A stretch of 61,722 nt of DNA, filler included, from Choristocarpus tenellus KU-1152 (GCA_964200185.2; 10 parts of 10 records of this genome joined end to end with filler, not necessarily neighbours in it); one strand, 5' to 3'; shown: positions 1 through 13,824, counted from the whole stretch's first letter. Made by a program: numbers and translations. The notes: generated by a model not told the origin, from the sequence alone.

Positions 1-1469
1 GGAGTGGAGTGGGATGGTGGGGGGAGGGAAAGGAAAAAAAGGGTGGGGGGTGGGGGCGGGAAGGGGGGTGGGGGGCATTTTATGGAGGGGGAGGATGGGA
101 GGGGGAAGGGTCAAGGGCAAGATGATGAAGGAGTCGACGAGGAAGAATACCCTCTCTCACTTGTAGGGATGAGTGTTGATGATGGACCTGAGGATTGGCC
201 TGGGGATAGCGGTGGAGGGGCATCATGGCTATTGGGGAAGGGGGCAAGTAGCTTACAGTTCTTCCTCCGGCAGAATCTTCCCAAGCTTTTGCGGGATCTG
301 ATGGGTGTTGTGAATCTTGAGACAGTTAACCATGAGAATATCTGCTGTCTCAACACGGCTGTCCTCATCCTCATCATTGCTCATCAGCATGGTCAGCTGG
401 CTCAGGTAGAGATTTTTTGGTGGGAGAAAGGGGAGGGTGCAGGGGTAGGAGAGGATGTACTGACCATGAATGATCAAGTACAAGGTAGTGCGTTTTTTGC
501 TGCTCCTCCTCCCTGTCCCCAAAGTTGAATGAAGAACCAGGGAATTGAGACTATGTCAACTGTTGATGAACAGTATCGCTTGTTGCAACCCCTTTTATCA
601 GGCTTTTACCTCACTGTTGCCTGTGGTTTTTATGAACAAGGTTCCTTCTCAAGGTGCATGCAAAAATCATGGACCGAGCAACCTCTCCACCCCTCCCCCA
701 GCAGCAACAAAATCGTTTGTTTCTTCTGGGTATGGTTTTCTTACTTCAATTTTGACTTCGTGTTAGTTCAAGTATGTCACAACCAGCATGACCTAGCCGA
801 CCGTGTTGATGAAGAATAGATACACCCTCAACCCCCATGCCTCGAATCTACCCATTAGTTGATGTCCTTGACTGCAGTTCATGAGAAAGAGAATGTGCAG
901 TCCCTCTTCCTCCTTACCTACCCTTTCCTGTCCGTCGGCCTCAGGTCCTCCAGCAAGTTCGACAGTTAGCACCCAATCCAGAGCCTGATGAGGATTCACT
1001 CGATTATGATGGCGGTGACATTGGAAGCATTGAAGACTCTGACGAGGAGCACACCACACTTCAAGGTCTGCCCAATAGAACAACGGTTGGAGGCAAAACA
1101 TCAGGAGCAACAACCAGAATGTCGGTCGAAGGGGAGGAAGACAAGCATAGCAGTACCAGTACCAGTGCTGCTCGCTGCACCCCACAGTCTGGGACTGCGG
1201 TCCTTGCAGGATTCCGGCGCCTACTATGGTTCTGGTGCGAGTACTACTCACGAGGGGGGCGCGACCGTCTCAGCCTGGAGTTCTCGAGCCATGTGAAGTT
1301 CTGGGCATGGCGGCGGGTGGTGGGATTGTTGTGTGCAGATGACAGTAGTGATACTTCCCTTGTGTCGGAGCCAATACCGTTGCCCCAATCGCCATATGAG
1401 CTCTCACCACGACCACGAAGAAGGCTCCTGCCCATTGAGGATGTGGGTTATGAACACGTTGCATTGTGA
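1..1469 (+). CDS. TRPC4AP: TRPC4AP/TRUSS-like (DUF3689) protein, last two exons (<1..405, 945..1469); 5' end outside window
   Basis: Motifs VNHENICCLNTAVLILIIA and FRRLLWFWCEYYSRGGRDRLSLEFSSHVKFWAWRRVVGLL resemble the TRPC4AP C-terminus (ENVSCLNTSLVIL; LLRFWQQHY..DSTCLENSSCISF..W). GT donor at 406 and AG acceptor ending 944 join in frame with ORF 1119..1469. Confidence 0.8.
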
Positions 1470-2829
1470 GGTCCAGGGCCGTTTCTCCAGTGCTACAAGA
1501 GTATGATGAGGAGAAACATGTTTAATAAGAGTGACAACAGAGAGTTGGGGCTAGGGAGTTGAGTGTGTGGAGTATGTAGGTGAATTAGGGTCGTGTTGTG
1601 TGTCTGGCTTGGAAGTGGAAACGCTACTTACAGGCTGCAAGGATACGAGGGTGGGGGGGAAGGGGGTTGTAGGAACAGTTGAAAATATGGTACAAAGAAG
1701 CAAACTTGGTTTCAGTTTTCTTGGACATGGCAGTCTGTTTTGGTCTGCTTTTTCGCACAATTGTGGTTGGAATCTGTAGTTTGGAGTTCTTTTGTCATTG
1801 TGATGTGATGTGGACTCTAGATAGAGAGAGTTGTTACTATGTTTGCTCGGCATGTGACAAACACCATACAGTGTAACTCATTGTGCTGATACAAGTGTGA
1901 TGCCTGCCATTAATTACGGTCTAACTTTGCTTTGTTTTATATCCCTCTCGGTTGCCTGCTGAGGACTTTAAGACTGCATCATGTCTCCTGGTTTCATGCA
2001 AGGTTTGTGTGTTATTTTTTGTGGTACCGAATTCATCGTTGGTGCTTTTGGGTCTTGAATGATTCTCCAACCAATCATGTATAATTGAGCTTTGTACGTC
2101 AAGCTTGTTCCGGACCCTTTTTTCAACTGCAAGTATGGGATTGATAGATTATTGCTAGAAGAATACCATGTTCAGTGTGGAGTGTTTTTATAACACCTAT
2201 TGTCTAGACCACCATGCACATATACATACATACACATCTCTGCTGTACATGTATTGCCTTCCATTCTGTGTTGTTGGAAACTGTTGCTTTGGCATGACCC
2301 CAATGGCATTCTTGTACACTATCCTGTTTGTATCAGTGTTACTGTACTTTACTTCCAGGGTCCATGGGCAGAAAGAGAAGAAAAAAAAAACTGTACTCCT
2401 GTGCGGGTTGTGAACGATTAACCTCACTTTAGCCAAAAGAGGTGCTTTAATTAATATGTTCCTTTGAATACTTAATTAGTCCTAATACCAAACTACGTGC
2501 TTGGAAAGGCAGCTGTATTTAGCTGTCCATACCTTTAGGTCCCAGCATGATTTTGTTCGTAACCCAATAGATTGATCTTGTCCATGTAGTATTACTAGTG
2601 AAGATGTACCTGGTTGTCTGTTGGAAAATCTTTAGGATTGTTGTAGTGCTTCTCGCAAATATAATATTTTTCGACCTTTCTCATTCACCGTCATCAAATA
2701 CCTTTTTGTGTCATGAGGCAGCCTACAAATACCAATCAGGGATGGGTATAAATGGGGTCGCAGTTTAGTCAGTCGTACGGTATGGCTCTGAGAAATACTG
2801 TAAACTTTATAGAGTGGCTTATACCATCA

Positions 2830-4100
2830 GCCCAATACCTCACATCTTAGATACCGACCTGGTGAACTGCCCATAATTATAATTGTAGTAGGTGGCAAAC
2901 TCTGGTTCTTTGGGAAGATGACTAGTGTATTGCATTTTGGACCTCTGATTGTGCCCCTGCTACTACCATCCTTGAGGGGGTTTGGGGGGTACTGTCGGAA
3001 AATATTAATTATATGGTGGCAAGAAAGAAAACCCTGTAACTCTTTTTGAATCTTGATTCGTGTTGGAAATGTCAACCGTGAGAGGTTAGGATACCGTCAC
3101 ACCTGCTGGGTAAGTCAAGATGTTCAGTGGGGTTCAGTCCACTAACCCTAACCCTAACCAATCTGCACTTGATAGTGAGCATGCATTGAAAGGGTCCCAA
3201 GACCTCCAAGTGTGGACACCAAAGAGAGTTAGAGAACTGATTAGTGCATACCAGGAGTACACAAAGGTTCTAGGAAGGTCATGATTGAGAATACTTCTAC
3301 ATCAGAATCTATTCAACTGGCGTGTGGTATGATGCTGTGCCCAATTATTTCTAAAGTCCTGGAATGCTTCCTATGCTAAAGCTTGTTTGAAATGATTGCA
3401 GTTGTTAACTGTAGCTGCCACTCTCAATTTGATGGGGGTATACACAGTTCAAGGTTATCAATGAATGACTTAAGCACACAAGCAATGTGCCTCAAGGTCC
3501 ACAAAAATTTGACTATCTCAGTGTGTCCTTGTGGGATACTTCAGGACCAACTACACAATCTATGCATATGTTGTCAGTTGGGCAACAACCAAAGACAGAA
3601 CACAATATACTGATTAAATTGCTATATATATTTCATTGCTTACAACGAATACCTTACTATACAAAAGCTGCTGTAGTGTTTCCAACAAGACAATATGATT
3701 GCCCTTCAAAAACCTTCTAGACTAGGATGATGAAGACAGGCTTGACATTGGAAAGAATGCCTGCAGTCTGTCAACCCTATTGGCCCACCACCTAGGTGTC
3801 TCAACCAAAAATGCATCTGTATGGCCAGGTGAACCCATTCAGAAGTGAGAGTCAGACCTCACCTGGGCCGCTGCTAAGTGTACCATCCTGACACCTCCAA
3901 TCTACAGGAAAATGCACGACTCTTCTACATGAAATGAAATCATAGGTCCTAATAATTGCCCTCCCCCATCATGAGTATGTCCCATACATAACTATGATTT
4001 ACATCGTTAGTCTAAAGGCGTAATCTGCTACTTTGATGGCTGTTGCACAAAGAGGGGTATTCCCCGCAGTCTCCTGGTAGAGACAGGGATAAAACACATC
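2830..4100 (-). mobile_element. Heavily degraded RTE-like non-LTR retrotransposon RT relic
   Basis: Minus-strand remnants resembling 'RGIPLF..DxxKAxD....LW' (~3960-4080) and 'GLxQGxILSP' (~3745-3785); many stops and frameshifts. Confidence 0.35.
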
Positions 4101-4364
4101 ATACCTGTGCTTGGGTCATGTTTTATGCCAAGCAAAGGCTTCGGCAGTGCATTAAGATACATGAATACAACTAACTAGTCATCTTCAAACGTAGAGCATT
4201 ATTGGATATAAATAATAGAAAACCTTATATACTTGGACAAGTCGAGTTTTCACCGCTCAACGTTTTCTACAAGTGCCTGTTTCCGCACCCTGCCCAACAT
4301 ACAAAATCTTTAACCATTGCCTGAAGTAGCAAAAAGTCAGTGCTCTTTTCACCTGGGTGTCACA

Positions 4365-4400
4365 CATCAAGCCCATCAAGCCCATCAAGCCCATCAAGCC
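4365..4400. repeat. 9-bp tandem repeat (CATCAAGCC) x4, just downstream of the EamA stop
   Basis: catcaagcccatcaagcccatcaagcccatcaagcc read directly. Confidence 0.9.
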
Positions 4401-4435
4401 CCTGTAAATAGAGCAGTATCCCCTTAAATTAGTTG

Positions 4436-6340
4436 TTACATTCCTTCCTCTTGCTGGTTAGATCGTTGACTCAAAATCGCCGCTCCAAAAACGCATGCAG
4501 CACCCACAAGCCCGACAGGCCCCAGCTTTTCACCCAAGATGGCGTATGCAAATCCGGCTGCGTATACTGGGTCCATTGCATATATGATGGCAGCACGCTC
4601 TGCTGGGATAGATCTCTGCCCAAGAGCTTGCAGCCAATTTGTCAGTGCTGTTGTGACAACAGCAAGGTATGCAATAAGTGCTCCCTGCTCATGGATTCCA
4701 GCAAGTGCTGCACTGAGATCTGCAGCACCAGTTCCCAGCTCCCATGCTAATTGTGGCCATTGTGGTGGCCAAAATTCAGGAAGGGTGAAGACAATGCAGG
4801 GTGGCGTCAGAACTCTCGGGGCACTTTGCACAATATATGGCTAACATTCTACACATGGAGCATACAACAAACAGGAGGAGGTGTAAGGCAACGCAGCAAC
4901 AGGTGTTGTTGGTTGAAAGGAGCAAGTCAGGTGGGGATTGAAATACTTTTGAGCATACAAATGTACTGTAGGCAGTGACTGACGAACCTGCTCCCGTCCA
5001 CAAATGACGGATTGCACAGTATGACACAATATCAGCTACTCAACAGATCAACAGGAGGGCTTCACTCGGAGCTTTCCTCCATCCTCAGTCCCGCACTATG
5101 CGACATTTCATGAGCTGTGCACACCTGCCCACAATCCACATAGTCCTGCTGTAACCCACAGGTTGGCACTGTTGAGCTGCGAGGCATTGCAGGAGTCAGA
5201 ATATTTCTCGAGTCGCAAAATGAACATGGCCGAAGTGGCTGCTGAGGCTATGCTCCATAGATCTCCTACATTCGGCGCCGTACCGTCTGAGGAGAGCAGT
5301 GCTGTGCCCAGGAACGCAACCCCAGCACTAGCCCAAGTCTGAGCAGAGATGCTCCGCCCCAAGATAATGAAGGCGAAGAAGGGCACCAGCTTAACGTTCA
5401 GGTAGAGGAGAAATGCACTCCGACTGGATGAGGACCGGTGGTACGGCAAGAGAGGTTTGACAAAGGACTACGCACATGGGTAGTGAGTGGTTCTGGGCCT
5501 TCATCTGTGCTTGGTGAACCGCTTCAAAAGACTTCCATTGCACAATAGGTCATCGTACTATAACTACATGAAATACCACTTAAAATCACCTTCACACCTG
5601 GCCGTGGTGAATCCTAAGCCCACCGCCTGGAATGCGAATCCCAGGAACATCCATAACCCAAGTTCAGAGCCAGCGAGCCATGTCTCTGCGACACCAACAG
5701 AAGTTCTGGTCTGAAAAACTTCACCACCCCTTTCCTCGGTTATCGTGGTAGGGAATGGAGAGAATGGGAGGGCTGGGGGGCGAAGAAAGAGTCCTGGCGT
5801 CCAAGGGGAAAAAATCAATGCCGCAAGGAAAAAACGTGCAAGGTTCGTGACCCCAGGTGTGAGGTCACTCTCAAGGATGAGTTTGATAACCGCGTGTTGA
5901 GTGCCCCAGAGCACAGTAACCACATTTAGTAGCACTAGTGGCAAGATAGTGTCCAGACTCGTCACTTTTTTAGGTTGACATTCCGCATCATCTGCTGCTT
6001 CCCACGCTTTCTTGCCAGTAGCAATCAATGGCGCTTCATGCGGTTGGATATCGGTTTCCTGCCCTGCAGAAAGACGCATCAACGCACTAGGTGGACGCCC
6101 CAACTCGATGCCGGTTGGTGTTGAAGATGGAGAAGTCCATGAGAAGATTTGGCAATATCCTCGACAGTAGGTATCCATACCGAACTTATGTACGATATCA
6201 GAAAATGGACTTGGAGAGATAGGTGTCTTTGAATGGAAGCTTGACTGTGCAAAGGCAGCCAGCCAAGTTAGATTCCTCAGATTTCCCATCTTTGAACCTG
6301 AAACCCCCCCCTTGGGCGGTCCTAGAAATCTCTTTGGCAC
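4436..6340 (-). CDS. EamA/DMT-superfamily transporter, at least 3 exons (~6290..5598, 5423..5125, ~4800..4436)
   Basis: VTVLWGTQHAVIK..LARFFLAAL, ELGLWMFLGFAFQAVGL.FTTASRSAFL, NVGDLWSIASA, LQALGQRSIPAERAAIIYAMDPVYAA; splice sites at 5597/5424 keep frame. Confidence 0.88.
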
Positions 6341-6601
6341 TTCCTAGTGCAGCACTTTCGTGAAAAATGTCAACAGTAGTGTCAGGGTACAACAGCTCTA
6401 TACTACTTGCATACTTGTATACGATTGTAACTGGAATGCAACTGTCAATTGTCACATCAGAAGTGCGAATTCCGATTGCTGTTGTAAGTCGTTTCCTTTC
6501 CAACTCTAACCGACGCCTCCACATTTCGAAGTTTTTTGTTTTCTCCTATCCAACTCTTGTTAATTATCTTATACGCCAGCATTTGATTTGAAGGGCCAGG
6601 T

Positions 6602-7942
6602 ATGACAAGTTTGGATTTTGCATCGTTGCTGCGAGAAGAGCAGGATGCCTTGAAGAGAGAAAGAGCTTCGCCAAGACGACAATTGATACGAGATTTAATT
6701 GGTGTGGAAGGCTCTATAGTTCTGGAAGCTCCAGAGATTAGATCCGACTCTCACGGTCCAGTCCATATTGAAGGCGGAGACCCCGTTTGTGTATCCACCC
6801 TTCCTCCCCTGGAACTCGAACCGCAGCCCAAGTTAGACTTGGATAACGTACGTTTCACAAATCCGATTTGTTGTCCATTAAAACGGAACTGACTTGCTGC
6901 CGCTCTTTCTCCTTGCTGTAGAGACTTAGAAGTGGCATTCCGGTGTCGCTGACTCATTACTCTTCTATGCTGCCCTGCAGTTCCGAGTAGGTGACATCCC
7001 CTCGATATATTACATCCCAGACTTTGTATCTGAAGAAACTGAGCGATCAATTCTGGCACACGCATACGCCGTCGAAGATGAGAGCTCTTCGTGGGTGAAG
7101 TTGCGGACCAGGCGGTTGCAGTGCTGGGGTGGGCAACCAGGCCCAGATTTTCGCCCAGGACCTTTGCCGCCATGGACCAAAGTCCTCTGCGATAATTTCG
7201 TTTCTCGAGGACTGGTTGGAACTGCGGATAAGCTAGATCACTTGCTGCTGAACGGTAAGCTGTGTATTAAATCTGTCCTTACAATATTTTGTTTGGTTGG
7301 AGTGACTACTTATTTTGTCTTTGGTATTTTGAATGGGAGCATAGATCATCATGTACTCCACGTCAAGGCTCACTTTTTCTTCTGCTGTACATTTCGTTTT
7401 GGCTGCATCACTCCCCAACCATTGTTTACGTACAAGCTTGACTTTGTTAAGCTCAATACAAGCTCAACCCACCCTTATAGGTCATTGGTGTACTCCCCAC
7501 TTACTTAAAACTCTCTCTTTGAACTCCTGTGTACTGATATCTCTGAAATAATTCTGACCCGGAGTCAGAGTACCAACCTGGGCAAGGCATTATGCCTCAC
7601 ACGGATGGACCATACTATGCACCACTGACCGCAACCTTGAGCTTGGGCAGTGACGCCATCATGCACTTCTCACCTCGGGTTGGCACAAATGACATAGGGC
7701 GGGTTGAGACCCATCCGCTGGCATCGGTGGTGCTCAGGAACCGCAGTCTTGTTGTATTCACTGATGAAGCCTACACAAATCTCATGCATAGCATTGATGA
7801 TGTTGGGGAGGAAGCAGTCAATACAGGTCGAGCCCCAGTGATAAATATCAAAGCTGCAAATGCATCAAATGGATCAGTGATCTCACGAAGGCGGCGAGTA
7901 TCCCTCACGTTTCGCAGGGTGGTGGCTGGAAAGGGGACTTGA
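6602..7942 (+). CDS. ALKBH6: AlkB-family 2OG-Fe(II) dioxygenase, ALKBH6-like; exons 6602..6847, 6981..7254, 7569..7942
   Basis: YYIPDFVSEE, WVKLRTRRLQCWGG, NEYQPGQGIMPHTDGPYYAP..TLSLGS, RSLVVF..AY..MHSI, RRVSLTFR; canonical GT-AG junctions in frame. Confidence 0.9.
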
Positions 7943-8699
7943 TCGAGGTAAGGTACTATGCACACAGTCCATTCTAGACTGTAGGTACAAAAGGAAGGAG
8001 GGATGATCTTCCATATTTATTGCACTTTATTGAAGAAGGACTCGATTTGTAACTTGTCCTGCCAACTCAAATGCTGTGTGGGGATGAAGCCGTTGTTTTG
8101 GTTGCAGTGACAGGTCAACAAATCTGATGCTGGGTAGTGGTGGAATCCTTGCTGGCTTACCTATTTGACTTTTTTCTGAGAGTCTTCAGTATTTTGTCAT
8201 TATGTCTTGACCCTCAGCTTCTCTTCACCCTCCTTGCCTAGATGGTCATCTTGTAACCATGGTGGCAACTTTGCTTGTTTGATCACAAGGAAATTGGTAC
8301 AATTAGTGTTTTTACCCCTTCAGTTGCATGACCTTTACATGATCGCGATCTTGGTCAATCATCCTCAATAGTGTTTGACAAATAGATTGACTTATAGGTA
8401 GAAGGTAAGGGGAGTGTGTGTGACGGTAGTTACAAGCACCTACTGTTTCGCGTCAAGAGGCTGCTTGTTAATATCACCGTACAGCTCCCACTAACATTTT
8501 GGAGATAGATATTGTAATGAAGGGGGAGAAACTTCCAAACTCTGTACTACTTACACTGTATTAATTTTATTGTAGGCCTTTCTATATACCAAATATTGTA
8601 TATTTATATAGTAAAATAAAACTCCATCCTCGATAGGAACCTATGTAGATGCAGTATATCTGAAAACAGTAGAGAAGCATATGATGATACACACACAGT

Positions 8700-11620
8700 A
8701 GAAACTATTCCTGGGCTGGTGATATGAAGGTAATCTAGAAACAAGGGAAGAGTCCCACGAGTTGATCGGACCCTGACTTGCCAACAGGCTCAGTATCTCC
8801 AGCTTGAAGGGCATGACACACCTTGAAATTGCTACTTGTGCTGTTACAGACATAAATCTGTTGAAGGTGTGCCCTCACCACTCCCTTGCTGATATAACCC
8901 TAACCCTAAGCCCCCCACCACCCACCTCATGAGCTGACAGCTAATACAGAAATTGCTCTGCATGTGTACTAAGCACCCTGATGCTTTCCACAGCAAAGGT
9001 ATTGAGGTTATAACAATGAGGGTCAAAATATTTCTCATGGAGGTTGTGCTTTTGTGTCTTAATTGCAGGGGTAGTGACACCGTTGTTTGTAGGTATTTCT
9101 TGCATGTGCCTGTCAGCGTCAACCCTTACAAAGTTCTCGTCTAGGTGGAGACTCATTTCCCAGCAGGAAGCAATGGCTGTGTTGGGTATGGAATAGGTAT
9201 CACATCCATGCGGAAATTTGAGTCAACACTGAAAGGACTCCCATCCTCTAGATGCGAGGCATGCCCTTTGGGTTCACCCATGCCTAGTGTCTGAACCTTG
9301 TCTTCTGCATCCAGCCACAAGGCAGCTTCTTGAACAGTGCCTCCTCTACCCCCAAAGACTAGTTGACCATGAGCAAAATTCCGGAGGTGGAATCCGCCTT
9401 GCTGGTTGTAGGATTGATTGGTTGCCCGCACATTGGCCTCTTGCCAACACTGGTTCTTGTGGTGTGGTAAAGTCATAGCCCAAGATTCCTTTCCTAGTCT
9501 CAAATCCACAGGAATATTTGCCAGTTGGGTTTGGAGGGCACCAAAGCTAACCCTGTTGCAAAATAGGCGATCTCATGCTGGGCCCGTCTTGTTGTCCCTG
9601 CCTCGCTGTGTGCACTGCTAGGTTGTGGACTTCGAGGGATTGTATCAGAGGGATTATACCACCCCAGTCTACCCAGCCTTGGCTAATGATTGCAACAGGG
9701 TCCGCAATGGGGGTTTCTAGAGATACGATCATATGGATGAATGCTCCCACAACCTGCACAGTAATTCAGTGGGACAGAGGTAGATGGCCACAGCAAATGC
9801 CTCGACAGAAGCCCATTGCTTTCTTGCAAGGAAGTTGGGGAAAAATCACCTGTTGCTTGTCCTTCATTTCACTGGGGTGTACAGATAGTTCTGTGAGGTA
9901 CAACTCTCAGGTACTCCTACCATACAAGAATGAGCTTGGGCCATGGCATCTGTGCCCACAAGGCAAGAAAACCATCAGTGTCTGTGGCAAGATCAATGCC
10001 TGCCACAGCCAGGACTTGTAGCTTTGATTGCAAAGGCTGGTGACCACCCCCTGCAGTTCCCCCTTGAGACGCTGGAATGTTCTTATGAATGTAGTGTCAA
10101 TCCTCCAGGTAGAAAGAATTGAGTTGTCCAAGAAACTGTTCAATGAGACCATTTTGCGTGTAAGGTTGACTGAAGATTCTTCAGCACCTTGGATTTGGCA
10201 AGACAGAATAGAAGAGGGCCTAGCTGCTTATCGTGTTGTGCTCCAGACTAGACTCCAGGACACTTACCCCCGTTCATCCAAAGGGATGAGTATCTCCAAT
10301 GAGCCTCCACAGATCTTTGTCACCTATGAACCCAAAGCATTTCAGAAGATCAGAGTTTTGCGCTGTTTGTCCATTTGGGGCTTGGCTTCCCACAGTTTTT
10401 TTCTGCCCCTTTTTTCGGTTTTGTGTGTGAACACTAACCCTAACCCTAAAATGTGTACACGACTATGTAAGGTGTGTCTGAAGCAATGGTATTGACACTT
10501 ACTAACAAACACGATACCCAAAATGAATCAAAGTTGCAACATTAGATTTATGACCCCAAATGGATGAAGCCCTGCCCCCTTCGGTGCTCTGGGCCAAGGC
10601 AGAACCTCTAGGAGGGTCACGCTAAAGATATGGTTACGCAAGTAGTTCAACGCACTCTTTTCATCTGGCTCAAGACCCCTTGCCCATACTCACACCACAA
10701 ATATATATCCAGCAGGACATGCTCCACACCATTAGGGGTACAGTGTTGAATTCACCTATGCTCCCCAGGTGGTGTTCCAATCATAGATGCCATTCAGTGC
10801 AGAACACCAATCCACCTGTTCTATTGCAAGAAGTGACCGAATGCTACTGGGTTGCACTTTCTCCCTATTGCAGAGAGATGAGATGCTGCATGGAACCTCC
10901 AAAACTCAGGAGACGGAACCTGGGGTGTGATAGGGCCAGAGACCAGCAGGTCTGGGGTGGAGGTCCTATTGGCACACATGAAGATCGTGCATAGGGAAGT
11001 AGGGGTGTGTTCACCTCCAGGAGAGGAGTACTGCTGTTCCCTGGATACCTCCTCAGTTGCTACCTTCTCCTTGCCAGTTATACTGGTGTGCTGGAAGGTG
11101 TAAAGGTTCTCTGCTGAGTGTTTGGAGACCAGCACCTCAAAAGTGGCATCATCTCCTAGCGAGCAACATTGAGCCAGGAGAACACCTGCTCCCTTGAAGA
11201 TGCCCCAATGAATGTGACTGAGTGCAGCTGCCAGGTGCTTCCTGGATACCAGCTCTCTCTCTCTCTCTAGATTCCCAGTGTCAATTTGCCCTTCGTGCTT
11301 GCTTAAACAGTCAAATGGTCAGTTCTTGATGTCCCCATTGACCACCCTGATTAAGCTTTCAGTCCACCATCTTGCCGTCATTGAACATGGTAGGATCTGA
11401 AATTATTTCCAGGAGTTTGGATGCTCTAGCAGGCCCTGGGGATGTAGTCACCTCTCTCGAAGGAGGGGCACCAAAACTCAAAACACAAGGATCTTACAAA
11501 TTTGCATAAGGAGTGTGGATCCCACTTGGGACTTCCTTTACTGTCACGAAATTTAGCCGTCCTCATTTATCCATGGACATGCCATCAAGGCTTGCTGTAA
11601 TACTAAGAGCACTGACATTG
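8700..11620 (-). mobile_element. Degraded non-LTR retrotransposon with RT and C-terminal restriction-like endonuclease (CRE/R2-group-like)
   Basis: Minus-strand remnants: RT-like segment near 11100-11550, EDGSPFSVDSNFRMDV (RxD endonuclease-type motif, ~9205-9255), and C-terminus SVTAQVAISRCVMPFKLE..INSWDSSL shared with dispersed copies. Confidence 0.6.
10340..10580 (-). mobile_element. Degraded MITE family A copy nested in the LINE relic, containing a CCCTAA tract
   Basis: tgtttgtccatttggggcttggcttcc ... gcaacattagattt..ccccaaatggat match the family A interior. Confidence 0.65.
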
Positions 11621-11974
11621 CACTGGTAGTGTGCCTATGGGTGTTAGATGGATATACATATCCTACCCCAGGACGATGTCGGGCCCCTTAGACCCTGCAC
11701 TGTCCCTTGCCATGGTTAGGGTTAGGAAAAGTGGGGGCTGTGGAGTATGTCACAATATTGAAAATGCAACATCGGTGGATGTTGTACCCAGGGCTGGGGG
11801 AGGGTCCAGCGCAGGGTATGGTGATAATAGGCCGTCCCCAACTTGATTACTATGATCGCAGGTCGAATTTTGGTGTGGGATGGATGATGGGCATTAGAAT
11901 GACTCAAGTGAAATGGTGATGGTGATTGGTATATTTAAGGTGGGTTAGGGTTAGGGCGAGATATGGGAGGGTGT

Positions 11975-12233
11975 GAGTTAAACTAAACAAGAGGTACCCA
12001 GAATTTGATTTTAAGGATGCTGACAACTATGTTCAAATCGCTTTTCCTTACAAATATGTGTAGGGTATTTTGTTAATTGTGTCGGAAAAGTTTCAAACAG
12101 TAAGAGAAATAACCGCTCTCAAGTCAAACTTACAACTTCATTCATATAAATATGGGTGAATTACTAAAGATTGAAAAACAGACTTAAAATGCAAATCGGC
12201 CAAAACCTGGGTACCTCTCATTCACTTTGGTTC
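11975..12233. mobile_element. MITE family C (~258 bp)
   Basis: TIRs gagttaaactaaacaagaggtacccag / ctgggtacctctcattcactttggttc; homologous to 18406, 51324 and 61599 copies; flanked by TGT/TGT. Confidence 0.8.
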
Positions 12234-13720
12234 TGTGGAGGTGGCAGTTGGGGGATAGTGGATGATAGAAGATAGAAAATGGAAGGCAGATTTCACCCAG
12301 CTGGTTTTACAGAGGGGATAGAAAGGGAAAGGGTGCAGGGAAAGGAAAGGTGGGGTGGCCAGTAAACAGTGTGGCGCAGGTACACACTGCCTCCTCGCCA
12401 ACAGTTGAGTGGGTATACCGGATCCCCGTAACTCTCTATTGTTGAGACTCTCTCACAGCTGCTGCGAGCATGTGACCACCTTGGAGCTTGGGCATCCTTA
12501 TCTTGGGTGTACTACCATTGGACAGAAGAATCACCCTAACCTTTTACTAGTATGTTGTTATTCAGCAGCTGATATATGGCACAAGAGTGCTGTGGAACAG
12601 TTGTGGAATGTGATTCTTAGAACAGACAAGCACATGCACGAGATTGAGGATGAGGTAGGGGAAAGATTTTTTCATTGGTGATTTGATTCATACAGAGCTC
12701 AGAAGGGCGACTCTGCGGTTATGTGGACGAATGTTTGGTGTTCTCTTCTATAGCAACAGCAACCTTAGAGTGGCTAGTTGCATTTTAGACGTTGGAATGG
12801 AGTGTCGGCACCAAGCAGGAACAATTTAAAAGTCCTAAATGCGCAGAAGGGCTTAAATTGATCCCTCTCTGAAATAGGATGGCTCGTGTCAAGATTGAGG
12901 TTAGCGCTGTATTTTTTTCGTGGAGCTTGGAGTATTTTTTTGGTCTCTTTTCCTAGTTTGTTTGTGGAGGGTAGGTTAGGGTTGACGTCGATATTTGATG
13001 TGTTCAAACCCCCTTCTTTTCTTTGAGGGGGACAACTGCAAGTATTGATAGGAATAATCCCCTTTTTCAATAATGTCTTATACATGGGTACCTTGCACAA
13101 TTCTTGTCTTCAGCTGTCCACATCCTTTCAATCTTTTGATTGATTCCTTGCCAAGGTGGTGGACTTTTTTCTGCCTTTGCTACAAGTGATTTGTGACACC
13201 TATTCTACTCACTAATGTCATGAACAGCACCAATTCCATGCACAACCTACCTACCTCTATTGAATATATATAGTCTTCCCTTGTCAATGCTCCTTCACGC
13301 CTGCAGCATACGTTGTTCATTCCTTCTCTATAGTCTTTGCCACTGTACTACACCCTTACACAAATCACTGAAATGCATTGTACCTCCTCCATCACTCAAT
13401 CTGCTGCATACCGAATACCTTGTCTCCAAACACCCTACTACACACACGAAAAGGTGAAACTCTCCTCAACAAATTCGCACACTTTAGAGGGGTGGGATCA
13501 TCAACAATGCCTTCCAAACCATGGATGCTTTATGACCCAACGGAAATTTCGAGTTTCAAGCCCACCACATCACCAAGGTCAACAATCTCGGGTATGGGGT
13601 GAGTCAAGCCGCAAAAAAGGCATTTGACTAGCGCATCCCTCTGTGAGATTCTCCTTAAGGGTATTCAGAGGAGGGTCACGAGTTCGAGTGAGTACCTCAG
13701 GGTCAAAGTATCTCGGGGGG

Positions 13721-13820
13721 NNNNNNNNNNNNNNNNNNNNNNNNNNNNNNNNNNNNNNNNNNNNTTAATTAATTAANNNNNNNNNNNNNNNNNNNNNNNN
13801 NNNNNNNNNNNNNNNNNNNN
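13721..13820. other. Artificial contig spacer N44-TTAATTAATTAA-N44; also at 17849-17948, 27927-28026, 31944-32043, 35329-35428, 38131-38230, 41705-41804, 44948-45047, 53166-53265
   Basis: Identical 100-nt pattern nine times; TTAATTAATTAA gives stops in all six frames. Confidence 0.98.
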
Positions 13821-13824
13821 GCAG

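Noticed and set aside
6751-7173. Antisense ORFs overlapping real genes (also 793..1251, 27529..27921, 34741..35133)
   Set aside because: Shadow ORFs of GC-rich exons on the opposite strand.
13721-13820. Recurrent TTAATTAATTAA flanked by Ns as a biological repeat
   Set aside because: Identical 100-nt construct with six-frame stops; an artificial joiner.
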